Shown here piece by piece: positions 20,701 to 33,805 of a stretch of 64,000 nt of DNA. A model generated the notes under the pieces. The model saw only the letters and a program-made list of their open reading frames with translations. It was not told the DNA's origin and did not search any database. The stretch comes from Schmidtea nova. Taxonomy: Eukaryota. Both the position numbers and the translations under genes were made by a program. The first letter of the stretch is position 1. Each line of letters starts with the position of its first letter. Location: contig CM097882.1 of NCBI GenBank assembly GCA_044892505.1, positions 336,350,001 to 336,414,000 of the forward strand, written 5' to 3'.

Positions 20701-22042
20701 CCTCCAAAAAGACAATGCCAAGGTTTCATCCATTCACCCACCACAAACATTTGGTGTGGAACCTTTTTATTTGTAACGGATATTAGGAAGTTTTCAAGAT
20801 TGCCTTTAAAATCAATAATGTTTAAGTTAAAAAATTGTATTATTGTGAATTTATGGTGCCTTTTAAAGTAAAATTTGGTATACTATTTTAAAATAATATT
20901 ATATTTCATCTAGTGACAATCAATTTATTTTCACATGAAATTCAAAGATTATTATATTTCGTCTAGCAAAACATTTAAGTATTTTAATTAAAATAATTAA
21001 TTGTTACCCTTGTGTATGATAAAAACCATTTTACATAAAAAGTAAAAATGCAAATAAAGTACATATATTAAATTCAGCACTAAGAAAAGATATTGGTAAG
21101 CAGTATTTGTCACTGACATGGATGACCACAACGCTGGTTTATTGGAGTCATGATCATTAGACATTGTCGCGGATTGTTGATTAATTGGGATTTGTCGATT
21201 GGATTAATTGTTTTGGATAATTGTTAGATATTCAAATCTGTCAAATAGATTAAAGTGATAAGACGTTGTTGCTAAGATTTCCGAACTAAGTTTCCATCTG
21301 TGTTTTTGAAATTGAGGGCTATGAAAAGAATTAAGTTCAGCAGATCACTTAACTTAAAAATTTACTTGTTTTGCCAATAGAGAGAAATGATTTGCGTAGA
21401 AAATTATGCTTGGTGAATTTGAATGGTGTTCGGCTTGTTGTTGATTGAATGATGGATTGAAACAAATTGTTTCGGAATATCAATTAGTTATAAAAGTAAA
21501 TTAGTTATAAATATAAAAATGAAAATAGAAAAAAAACCCTAATGTAGCATTAAAATATTTTCACAAATTAAGAATTAAAGTTTTGATTTTATCGTAAATG
21601 CAAATGTAAATTAAAAATTTTATTTTAGAATACTTTCATTAATAATTAACATAAATTATAATATAAGTAAAATTTAATGTTTTATTAGTGTTTTGATGCT
21701 CGGAATGATTTATTTGAATGCAATAATAAATTTATAGTTAGGTAGAATATTAATGTTGAATTGCCGATAAAATTTTGTTGAATGCTTAAAGATAAATCGT
21801 CGAAGAAGGGGACAAAATGGGCAAGAAACCTTCTATCGGTAGCCCTTGGACCCAGGAGATATTCGGTCAATCATAGTTTCGTATTGACGACGCTCACTGA
21901 TTGCGAATACCCACCCACTTGTTACAGTACCAACGTTACATAGTGACGGGTAACAAGGTGGTAATTTCAATATTTTATGTGTTGGGTTGTTGATGAGAGC
22001 CATGGTAACGTCAAGGTCGTATTGACAATCAACAACCCACCA
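17745..22042 (+). repeat. Complete 3' LTR, 4298 bp (family A)
   Basis: Starts TGTTGGGC at the same point where homology to 22057-26006 begins; ends CCCACCA; its last 1236 bp match 1-1236. Confidence 0.8.
18343..18350 (+). promoter_or_regulatory. Candidate LTR TATA box
   Basis: TATATATA in GATGGTATATATACCGCCATC; conserved at the aligned position of the sister LTR (22703-22710). Confidence 0.45.
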
Positions 22043-22056
22043 CAATTAATTAAATT

Positions 22057-25000
22057 TGTTGGGCGAGAACTGCAAATTGTTTGAATGAAGTGATAACACC
22101 ACAAGTAGAGAGCGCACAAAATTCCACTTTAACCAAAATATCAATTAAAACCCAAGAAGTTGAGTGAAAACCCGCCCAAAATTTAAGGTAGACAAAAGCG
22201 CATTATAATGTAGAGAGCGCGCGAGGAAGTAGATTTGAGATTTTATGAACCCAAGACACAGAATACAACCCATTAGCAGTAGAACACATGAAATAATCGG
22301 TCAAACACGTTGAATAATTGAAACGAACAAAAGCGCATTGAGTGTATACGTGAAAAACACCCGAATAGCGTGAGAACATCAATTGTGTAATAGAATAGCA
22401 CACTAGAAAAAATAAACATCTTGTCGGTAGGAAATTTTCAAATTTTAGTGTAAAAATTCGAATAACATGAAAAAAAATTGTTTTAGTTAGAAATTATGAC
22501 AAATTAATTAAATTAGGAAAAGTTTTGATTTAAAAATAAAATTTTAGATCAAAAATAAATTATTTATTATTTATTTAAAATGTTATGCAAAAATAATAAT
22601 TCAATTTTGCGTAAAATTATTGAAATTAATTTTCAAGAATCGAAAAAATCCTTCTAGAACAATTTGTTTTAATACATCAACGAAAGTAGCCATTTAAACA
22701 GCTATATATACTGTCATTAAAATGGATTATGTCAGAATTTTGCTATTGCCATTTTGGAGTTCCCTTATAAGGCGGACCCCTACAGAATTTTATTATTATT
22801 CGGAAGACAGAGAAAAGAGAAACTCTACCAGAATTTAAAACTATCAACTTGAATCAATCCTTAATTTTAAGAATAAGGAAAGGGACTCTGCTTGTCGCAA
22901 AAGCCTCGAAGGATCCAACAAAATTCAGCCGATATTTATTTACCACAGGCGGACCCTGCACGAAAATTTACTAAGCATCGATTCTGAGAAGGGATATAGT
23001 TCAAGGAGATCTTTTGCCTAACAGAGAATCTATGTTGTTAACTGGAATGTAAGAATTATGTTTGTATAATTCTGGGCTTGCGGTTTCATGCCACCCTTGC
23101 CCCTATTGGTATCATTTTCTTTTCTTTTTATTTTATCGTGTTCATAATTGAGTTTTTATTATATGCATTGCTAACCTTAATTTGGGAAAATTAAAATATT
23201 TAATATTTACTATGATTTTGCTATTATAACCTATTGAATTTTTCTTTTGACTTTCATCGAAGTAAATTTTTGAAAAACCTGCACATTTTGCCCCTTAATA
23301 TACTTAACCTATATGTGATTTATTCTAATTTTTGATATAATTCTTTACCATATAATATATATATTTTTTTAATTAATGCATTTTCATTACGTCTGATGGT
23401 GGTCCACCTAGTTGTTGTACCGCCATTAGTCATTTTGGTGAATTATCAGTACGTTGAAGTCCTTTCAACGTGCTGATCCATATTTTCATCGAAGTGGGCG
23501 CATACATGTAAGGAGTAGTGGTTTGGTCAAGTGCAAGTTTTGTTCAAAATAAAATGATCTATATTACAGTATCGCAGTTATTCTTATTTATGTATAAAAT
23601 CTGACTCATAAATATAAAAATATTGAATGATAAAAGATGCTAGCAAACCTGCAATGTTCGTGATTTCACCTTCGTCCTAATCAATGCTTTTCGTCTCGCT
23701 CACCAATCCTAAAATCCATAATTTATTCAGCCTAAAATTAACTCAATTTTACCTAAAAAATCCTCTTTGCAAATCACAACATCCATTTCATTCATCAGTA
23801 ACATCCATATATAATACCATACAAAAATTCATTCAAACATCAACACACATACTATATCGTTCCACTCAATAGTACCTATCTGGATCAAACACCCATAAAA
23901 TACACAACCGAAATTCATATAACCACATGTGTCTGCATCATACATCCAGGAAATTCATACAAGCACCCCCATAATCTCATATTCACTGGGTTATCAACTC
24001 CACCCAACATACTATCGCGTAAAATCATCACAATGAGACATTCAGACACACACATACACACATTTGTAACCACCACAGCTCACCTTGCCCCACCGCTCCC
24101 TACACAACATCCATACAAAATTCCCATTGAACTTCACAACCCCTTTTATTCACAAGTCTCATCTGATTACTATAATCACCAATCTACATTCGCACAATAT
24201 ACTTCATGAAGTCTTCATCGCACTCATTACTACTTTCACTCACAGCATCCTATATCCGGACGTCTAGCCCAAATATTATGCAGCACTATCCAAGAATAAC
24301 CCCATACATCCAATGACCTTCAATAGTTATAAGTCTGTGACATCACTTAACCACGATCAAAAAAAAATAATCATGCATACTATCAAAAAGCAACAAAAGA
24401 ACGAAATATTATCTTTAATTTTTATATTAAAACTTAAATTTGTTACCATAACTGTCCACATAAAGTGTAAAATTAATGAACATAAGTGGTTATTAGTCAA
24501 TCCGACGAAAAAGCCCTGCAAAATGACGATTGACTATTTTCAAGTCATTAGAGTCCACCATAATGAGATTGTTATATGCTGAGTAACATGGATGTATTCA
24601 GACGATCAGACGAATGTAATTGAAGTCGGCAGGGAAATATTTTCCAATTTTTTTTGTATGAATCACAGGGGCCAAATGAAGGAGAAATCCCAGCACATTG
24701 TTTTTTGTGTAAACTATTTAGTTAACATAGGATGGACATCCAATAGTTGTCTAACATTGATGTCATATGGGGATCACTTGCGGTGAGAATCGGAGTTAGA
24801 AATGAATGTGCGAACTGGAGATCTACGATAGAATTCGCTGCTAGTTCAGAGACATTTCTGGATAGACTGATATGGATTAAATTCCCAGTTCGGGATGAGA
24901 GGAGATGATTGCATTTTTCGCCCTAAGTTTTTCATGGGATCTTGTGTAGCAATCGATTAGTGCCCTAAAGTAATTTGTCAACATTAAAAAATATAAACCA

Positions 25001-26006
25001 GGATAACATAAGTTACATTAAACCCATGTGACATGAACGTTAGAAACCTGCATGAATGTGATTTTCTATCTGTAATCGAATGAGGTAATCGATAAATCTA
25101 TTATGGTAAATTATGATTTTAATAAAATAAATTCACCAATGAAATGCCTGACCTCTCGAAAATCGCCTATATAGTTTATTTTTGTCTGCGTTTTTGGTGA
25201 TGAAATCGACGCCAGAGCGCTTGATGGTGGATTTCTCTAAAATAAAATTGAACTGGAATTCAGAGGTCTAAATAAAAATCATAAAACTAAATTAAAAATA
25301 ATAACGTAGTTGATTAACTCTCATTTATTTTCCGTAGTTAACTGTCACTAAGGCCTCGGAAAAATTTTAAAATTTAGATGTTAAATTTTAAATAAAAATT
25401 GTAAAACAATTATGAAAAGCAAGATAGACAATAGGACTAGGATATAAATAAAGTTTATTTGGATTTTAAACATTAGAAACATAATAATCTAGAAAAATCG
25501 CGAGAATAATAAAAATTCAGGTCTAAATAATGGTAATCGAATATTCCGAAATATATGTATTTTTCTAAAATAATAATTTATCCCCGAATTGAGATTGCGA
25601 TAATGTGCTTGAGTATGTACAGGCGAACAAAAATGAATGCCCGAAAATTCTTATGTTTTGAGATACCACCATGTATAATGATTGAGTGGGACAAATTAAT
25701 AAGTTTTTATCGATAAAATTACTTCGTTTTTGCCAATTTAAAATGGATATCTGCAGTTAAATCATTGAAGAAGAGACAAAATGGGCGTCAAACTTTCTAT
25801 CGGTAGCCCTTGGACCCATGAGATATTCGGTCAATCATAGTTTCAAATTTTCGACGCTCACTGATTGCGAATACCCACCCATTTGTTGCATTACCAACGT
25901 TACAATGTGACGGGCAACAAGATGGTTAATCTAATGTTTTGTATGTTGAGTTGTTGACGAGAGCCATAGTAACGTCAAGGTCATATTGACGATCAACAAC
26001 CCACCA
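22057..26006 (+). mobile_element. Diverged sister LTR (family B), 3950 bp, apparently solo
   Basis: TGTTGGGC...CAACAACCCACCA; collinear blocks with LTR A (e.g. CTTCTAGAACAATTTGTTTT, GATAAC..CA..GTAGAGA.CGC, the terminal 250 bp). No PBS or clean TSD seen. Confidence 0.75.
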
Positions 26007-26150
26007 ACTTCATGCCATTATTTGTAATTAAATACCAATTTTTTCAGAAAATCTATTCCACGTATCAAATTTTGGTTTATTTCTTTGGCTACTACAAATT
26101 TGGGTTTCAGAAATATTTTCTATTTTTTGTAGAATAGTTTAATCACAAAT

Positions 26151-29100
26151 CATTGCCTGTTTTAACATTGTGACTGCGCGACCATTTGGTCGCCTAGTCA
26201 TAATATTTTGTCGCCTAGTAATTGAAAATATTGATGACTGGGCGACCACCTTTTTTCTTTCCTAAAAAATATATAAGACTGCTTTTTGCTATACTTTATT
26301 GTGTTCTATTGAATGAACGATTGAAGGGAAGTCCTTTCTCTGTTATTCCCTTACAATATGTACTTCTAGCTCTCCTCTCATGTTTATTGTGCCTCATAGT
26401 CGCAAAAGTCTTTTCTTTTGGACTGCTTTGTACATGTGCAAGGATTGTACAATATACCATCAGCAATTCAGCAGACTCTACGAGGACTTGAGACTGTTGA
26501 AAGAAGCTGCCTGCCTTCCCTCTACAGTCTACCCTCTTCTCTGCCCTAACTGTTGTATTCTCCTTCTACTTGGGCAACATACACACATACAGAGGGACAG
26601 AGTAACTCTATGATTAGCGCTTTACTAAATAATCTATATATAGTACTACAGTGCTACACCCCCCCTCCATAGACAAAATGAAGACTTTTTCTTCTTCTGG
26701 TAATACTGGTTTGCACACAGCACACAGGCACACACTTGTACACGCCACACTTTAACCCAATAAGAATGTAACTTACAGTTATCTATAGCTAATGCTATTT
26801 CAAAAACATTGAAGCTGCATACAATATATAGACTCTACACAGTTACTGAGTTACACACTTTCCATTTGAGCATATTGTCATATACAGTGCGGCTGCAGTT
26901 ATATTTCAATAATCAACTACCAGTTAGGGTGTGCAAACATTGATTAAAGTGTTCTATTACCTTGTTGGAAAGAGTAATGTCTATTTTTGTAGATTGAAGC
27001 AATGGAAGAACTGAACGAGCCAGTTACCAAAAAAAGCAAGACATTGTTGGACTATTTTCATTCAAATCCTCATACACCTTCATCTATCACTGCAAATTCT
27101 ACACACGTGATACCTTCAAATATTACTGCTACAACCCCGTCAATCCGTAACGACCAAAAGAATCCCACTTGTCACACTGTACTCGCTTCTTGTTCAGAGA
27201 ATGAAGCAGAGAATCGATCCAGCCTGTGGTACAAAGGTTGTAAGCTGGATGCTGGCTGGTTAAAAAATTACTATCCGGAAATGCAATCTGTAATGCTTGG
27301 ACGAAGAAATGGATTAAAGTGTTTGCTTTGCTTTGACAACATTAGCGAAGCTGAAAGTGGCTCGTAATGGCCAAGTACCCATTGTTGATGGTGTAAGGTG
27401 TGATGGAAAGCAAGAATTACAGAGAATAATAGACCATCTGAAAGGAGATGTTCATGACGCTGCTGTCAAGGCTGATCAAGCCAAGAAATTGTGGGAATTT
27501 CAATCTGATAAACACCCATGGGTAAAAGTCATGAAAGCACATGATTATGGCGTAGTAAATATGCTGATTCATTTAGCCGTAGATGTCCATAATGATTCAG
27601 TTACAATGACTCTTTCAGCATGGTCATGGTCCTCTCGTTCTCTAGCTCATATGCATGCAGAAAATATTTGTAAGCAATTTTCAGAGCACGGCCTTGCTGC
27701 AGATTTTATAACATTTACGCCAACAAATGCCAGCTTACTATATCGCAACCAAAAGATGTATCACGAAATGCTCAGCATAGTGTCTAATGAGATAATGCAG
27801 GCCACTGTTAACGCTTTAAAAGTTGCTGACTGCTTTGCTTTTCAAGCCGATAAGTCAGTTGATAAATATAATGTTGACAGCGTGTACCTCACTGCTCGAT
27901 TTATGGATCCGTCCTCATTTGAAATGAAAGTGTGTTTTCTTGGAGAATGTCATAGCCACGTGATAGGCTCTGAAGGACTTTTTTGTTCCATCAAAAATAG
28001 ACTTGAGAAATGTGGCTTACTGGAAGTGGCTCGGCTGCATCTTGTTGGTCTGACAACTGATGGTGAAAATGCTAACACAGGTTGTCACTCAGGCCTTTGG
28101 GTGAAAATGCGACAGCTAGTAGAGACATCGCTGATGACTTTTTGGTGTTTCGCTCACAGATCAGATTTATGTTTGACCTCCTTGGAAAATTCTCTTTATG
28201 AGTTTAAGCATTAGAAGTCAGATGCAAAGGCTGTAGCGACATACTTCAGGGGATCAAGTAGACGTTTCGAGGATTTGGAGAGCATCGCGGATGGAAGTAG
28301 GCTACTTCGCTTTCCTCGACATCATGATGTTCGGTTTGCTGAGCATGTGCGAAATTTAGCATTTGCCATCATGAACAATCTTCCGTATATGCGGATTCAT
28401 TGGAGAAAGCTTCTCGAGTCTGGTGATAAAATGGATAAGGTTCAAGCAAAAGGATTTTTGAAAATATGGCATCCTAGCACCAATACAACTTGTTTAACAT
28501 TTTTGGTCTCGGATGTTTTGAGTTTGTTTTGCGAACTTCAGAAACAGGCACAACGAAGTCTTATTAGATTACCTGACCTTCTGGTCGAAAGAGATCGTGT
28601 TGTGAATTGTTTGACACTGATGGAGGAAAATGCATATCCTGGAGGTAAGTACTGAACATGTAATTTAGATACTTAACTAGAAGCCAGTAGTACATTGGTT
28701 AGTTTTTATATTTCTTATTCAGGTGCTGAGGAAACGTTCAACCAAAATGAAGGAAAGGAAACAGAGGAGAGTGATGACAATGAATGTCGTTCTAGCCAGC
28801 AAAGGACACCACATTCTTTCGTTACTATTTCTGGTCGTAATTTTTCAGCAATTCGTACTGAACTCATTATGTCAGCAAAGAATTTCCTTTCTGAAAGGAT
28901 AGATGTTGAGCAGGACGACAGTGTGAAGGCCATGATGCTAGTAGCTAACGCTAAGAACAGCGAGGAGATGATTCAAGTTGGCAGGTAAGTCAAACATAAC
29001 TTTGTCAATCGTCACTGAAACATTTCTTTCATTATTTTTTAACTTTTAGAAAACTTGTAAAGGAATTATTTGGAGACGCTGCGGTAATTTCATTTGCTGA

Positions 29101-29699
29101 TGAAGTCATAGGCTTTTTACATCACATGGTGCACGAACATTCCGTACCAATGACAGCATTGGAGCTAAGCTCTATGACATTCTAAAGAAGGCGCCGCCGT
29201 CATCTGTACTAAGCAAATTGATGCAAGCATTTTTAATTACATCACCTCACAGCATGCAGACAGAAAGAGTAATATCATGCCATACAGAAATAAAAAGCGA
29301 TCTTCGCTCTTCCCTCACTCGTGATACAATTAATGATCGTTTGTGTATTGCACTCAATTCGCCCGGAACAGCTTATTTTGATCCAAATACTTCTGTTGCT
29401 GCATTTTTAAAGTTAAAAGATAGACGCATGAAACTGCCAGAAACTGAAGTATACCGTTCGCAAGAGTTTGTGAAAAAATTTTTCTTCTGATAATAACTGC
29501 TGATTTAGCTGAGTTTGTCTTGTCTTCTTCTATTTCGTTGGTTGTATGAATATTGTATTAAAATTCAGTTATGTAATGCTTCATTGTGATTGGACTTCGC
29601 CGGAAAATCAACTTTTGCGTATAGCTGAAGGGGTCATAAAATTCTTTTATATTAATCGAATTATTGTCTCCCAGTGAAAATTTCTTAAAACAGGCCCTG
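26151..29699 (+). mobile_element. hAT-superfamily DNA transposon, degenerate
   Basis: Left CATTGCCTGTTTTAAC versus reverse complement of the right end CAGGGCCTGTTTTAAG (13/16); a transposase lies inside; the 8-bp flanks do not match. Confidence 0.75.
27002..29490 (+). pseudogene. hAT transposase (ZNF862-like), intron-containing, disrupted
   Basis: FAFQADKSVD, LTTDGENANTG, FWCFAHRSDL, SPHSMQTERVIS...RSSL. Frameshift near 27340 and TAG at 28212. GT-AG introns 28645-28722 and 28985-29049. Confidence 0.85.
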
Positions 29700-29749
29700 G
29701 GCAAAATATAAAAAATGATTACATAAGAATAATTAAATGTATTCTTTAG

Positions 29750-30400
29750 AAATTGTTGAAGGAAACGTGAAAATGACTCTCAGCATAATTTGGACGATTA
29801 TCTTTAAATTTACAATTCAGGATATTAAAATAGAAGGTGATGGTTTTAATACTTTTTATGACAACATACGTAATTTACAGAAGGTTCATATAAATTTATC
29901 ATTTCTCACTAACAAACTATTAAGGATAATGCTCTTGAAAATCTGAATCACGCTTTTAAACTGGCAAAAGAAATTCTCGGGATTCCTCTAATGTTGGATG
30001 CGAAAAGTAATAATATTGTACATTTATTATCCATATTACTATTGTTACCATAATATTATTGTCTCTGTAGCATTAGATTTTTATGGACACATCTTAACAT
30101 GTTATTACAGATAATATATCCGGCAAAGAAGGTCTTTTGTTATGGTTCAAACAACAAACAGCCCCATTCAAAGACGTCGAGATTTCAAGTTTTCAAAACA
30201 GTTTCAATGATGGTCTGGCTTTATGTGCTATTATTCATAGACCTATTTACAGACCAGACAAGATAGAATACAATAATTTACAGATGGTTCATATAAATTT
30301 ATCATTTCTCACTAACAAACTATTCTTGAAAATCTGAATCACGCTTTTAAACTGGCAAAAGAAATTCTCGGGATTCCTCTAATGTTGGACGCAAAAAGTA
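29750..30400 (+). pseudogene. Alpha-actinin-like calponin-homology exon fragments, shuffled and duplicated
   Basis: [34 protein letters not shown]...SFNDGLALCAIIH, and [22 protein letters not shown] (twice). Confidence 0.8.
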
Positions 30401-30959
30401 ATAATATTGTACATTTATTATCCATATTACTATTGTTACCAATTAGCAATTTTTCCTTTTATACGAATGAAGATTTAAAATGCGATTTTATCGCAAATTT
30501 GTATCAAAAGCAACGAAAAACCGTTGGTTTATATCATTGTTATTGTCAATATGAAAATTAATTAATTAATCAACAATTTAGGCATTTACTGCTTGGTGCA
30601 ATTATCACCTAAATGTAACGATAGATAAAATTAAAGTCGAGAGAGATTTCCCAGATGGACGGAATCTGAAGAAACTTCTAGATTGATTTGACACCCGATC
30701 TGACAGGGGGGCTCGTGAAATAAAAAGTGGAAAAGTTTGTACAAAGTTCGAAAATTTTGATAATGTTGTGACACATGATATTGGTTATTTTGTTGTGCTT
30801 GTTGATATTTTACAATTATCGAACATTTATTCTTACATGAATTTAGGTTCTGTTAGTGTGTTGATATTCGGAATGATCTGTTTTGATGTAATAATAAGTT
30901 TATATTGATATAGATTATTTATTTTAAATTTCCGACTTAAAACATTATTGAATATTTAT

Positions 30960-31484
30960 AGATTATTTGCAAAATTAGAGATATAATGGACATTAAACAT
31001 TCTTTCAGTGAGGTTTCTCGGCCATATCATGTTGCATAAACTATAAAGGCGTCCACAATCTAGTACAGCCATGTTAATCCCATATCGTCCATAAATCGAT
31101 TGAATATGACATCAAGCATTCTCCAATTTTCCATTTTTTTCTTCTGAATACGAAATAGATGACTTAGGTAATTTTGTCATCAATATCCAAGCGCTGTCCT
31201 TGCTGTCTTCCACAAATTCAATAAATAAATCTTCATTTGGTAAAAACTGACATACTAGTCAAATTATATTTCCCTGTTTCTTTAATAAGGTCCAAAAATT
31301 CTTTTTCTTTAATTAAACTTTTGTATTTAATTCCACGATATTTTAATATCATTTTTAGGTCATCAATTAGTAACGATTTTGTAGCAAAATCCGATTTATG
31401 TTTCTCAAGTAAATACCATAACTCCGCTATTACGAAAAATAGTGCAAAAAATAATGCCAAAATAAAAATATGTTTAGGAAACAT
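30960..31484 (-). pseudogene. RNF103: RNF103-like E3 ligase N-terminal fragment
   Basis: N-terminal TM, then FAT...LKMILKYRGIKY...EKEFLDLIKETG; after a frameshift EDLFIEFVEDSKDSAWIL and RYGINMAVLDC. One internal TGA; no RING present. Confidence 0.6.
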
Positions 31485-31699
31485 AAAAGCACAAATTCAG
31501 GAACACTTCTCAAAAATTATATATTTGAAATCAAAATATTTATATAATTTAGTTAAACAAAATGTTTATGTACCAGGATATTAATAACAGTTTAAAATTT
31601 TATATTATTTTAAACTAAGATTGTTTTTGGAGTTAACTCGTCATTAAAATGACTTGTTGAAAATCTAATATCACTGAATAAAGTGAAAGTTTGAGGCAG

Positions 31700-31930
31700 A
31701 CTATGTTCCTTTAATACTTTGAGAAAATCTTCGATATCGGCTTTCTAGACCACTTCAATCATAGTTTCGAATTTTTGACGCTCACTGTTTGCGGACATCC
31801 ATCCATTTGTTGCATTTCGAACATTACATTGTGACGGGCAATAAGATGGTTAAACTAATGTTTTGTATACTGAGTTTTTGATGTGAACCATTACAACGTC
31901 AAGGTCATTTTGACGATCAACAACCAACCA
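31700..31930 (+). repeat. Terminal fragment of a third related giant LTR (family C)
   Basis: TCAATCATAGTTTC...GACGCTCACTG...GTGACGGG.AA...AACGTCAAGGTC...TTGAC.ATCAACAACC.ACCA, as at 1060-1236 and 25830-26006. Confidence 0.8.
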
Positions 31931-32291
31931 CTAGTGAAACAATTCGCGAACAAATGATTACAATGAATTTTTATTGTACTCTTTACTAAAAATTAAAAAG
32001 AATTTTTTGTGTTTTCTTTTTTTTGAAAAATAACAAGTCATATTAATATGAGGGCCTTAAAAATTGTTGTTTTCTGATTTTTCCCCAATTAAATTGGGAA
32101 TTGGTTTGTAATCGGAGTCTTCTTGTATTCGAACAAATACTATAATAACTAAATATAATTTTTTCATTTAAGATAACATTGCAAATAATAAGTGAAATTT
32201 AATAAGATTAATTTAAATAAAAACTTTTGATTTAATTTAGATAATGTTTTATATTTGTTTTATTTCAACATTTGTACATTGACATTTAAAT

Positions 32292-33060
32292 ATGAGCACA
32301 GCAAGTTCTTATTCAACATCTAATGAAAATGAATATCATTACGATATAATCGATTATTTATGGGAAAAACAGCAAAAAAAGTTTATTTTTGAAAACAAAA
32401 ATTATTAATTCAATTTTTATTTAGGTATTTATAGCATGGTGTAATTATAATCTTGATGAAAACGAAAAAATCGAAGATTTCGAGAAAGATTTTCGTGATG
32501 GGTAGAATTTAATGCGCCTCATAGAAGTTTTAACTAAAAAAAGGACATTTAAAATTAAAAATCTAAAAAGAAAATCGGAAAAATTAATCATATCAAAAAA
32601 GTCATAAACATACTTAGTTCACACGGCGTAAAAACAAGTGCTTTCAAAGCTGACGGTAATTTAATTGTTATTATAAATTTTCGTTTTTTAGACAAAATAT
32701 AAAAAATGATTACATAAGAATAATTAAATGTATTCTTTAGAAATTGTTGAAGGAAACGTGAAAATGACTCTCAGCATATTTTGGACGATTATCTTTAAAT
32801 TTACAATTCAGGATATTAAAATAGAAAATGATGGTTTTAATACTTTTTTACTGCAACATCTTATATTTGTTTTATTTCAACATTTGTACATTGACATTTA
32901 AATATGAGCACAACAAGTTCTTATTCAACATATAATGAAAATGAATATCATTACGATATAATCGATTATTTATGGGGAAACACCAAAAAAGTTTATTTTT
33001 TGAGAACAAAAATTATTAATTCAATTTTTATTTAGGTATTTATAGCACGGTGCAATTATA
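32292..33060 (+). pseudogene. Alpha-actinin-like 5' exons, partly duplicated in tandem
   Basis: MSTASS...LWEKQQKK / VFIAWCNYNL...IEDFEKDFRDG*NLMRLIEVL / [18 protein letters not shown]; short introns retained; exons 1-2 restart near 32903. Confidence 0.8.
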
Positions 33061-33514
33061 ATCTAAAGTTAAAATAAAATTTTATTACAAACTCTAAAAT
33101 AAAATCTTAATATAAGTTAGATTGTAAATTAAATAAAAATTTTCAAAGTTATATTACAAATTATAAATTAGATAAAAATTATCAAAACGTGTTAAGTTCA
33201 TTATTATTTTATACTTGTGTGAAGTTTAATATAAGTTACAAATTTTAAATTACATATATTAATTAAGTTCTTAAATTATACTTTAAGAAATTTTATATTT
33301 AAATACTAATTTAAAGTATGTAGTTTGTTTTATGATTTCATTTTAATTGTTTTTATAATAGAAAATTTGAACTTGAACATTTTGTTGAAGTTAGTTTAAT
33401 CTTATTATAATATTTATTGATTCGCTTTTAGATAATATTCAATAGAAAATTTGAACTTGAAAATTTTGTTGAAGTTAGTTTAATTTTATTATTATAATTA
33501 TTGATTTGCTTTTA

Positions 33515-33805
33515 GGTAATATTCAAAATAGAAATGATAATTCAAAATGGAATTAAGGTAAATTTTATTTATAATTTTGATTTAAATATTTTGTAAACTT
33601 TATATAATATCAATATTTAAATAATTTATCTTAGATTTGCATCAGAAAGAAATTACCATGTAATATATATTAAATGAATATTTAGAAATTGATTTTTGAA
33701 TTTTACAAAAGAATGGAAACAGGTAATTAAAACAAATTTGATATTTATTTAAACCTTTATTTTAGATAATTATTTCAGAACTTTGGGAGAAACCTCTGTA
33801 AATGG
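33515..33805 (+). pseudogene. Possible myosin motor-domain mini-exon remnants
   Basis: Short AG..GT-bounded segments reading RNDNS, ERNYH and GETSV in the order expected for a myosin head; very short and degenerate. Confidence 0.3.

Larger units (their letters stand above)
1..22042 (+). mobile_element. Giant LTR-type retroelement (about 25 kb if the 5' LTR is complete), no visible RT/RNaseH/integrase, carrying 8 cargo ORFs
   Basis: 1-1236 repeats at 20807-22042 (constant offset 20806). The 3' copy starts TGTTGGG (17745) and ends CCCACCA (22042), an imperfect terminal inverted repeat with TG...CA ends. A PBS-like 18-mer follows the 5' copy. All interior ORFs are on +. Confidence 0.8.
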
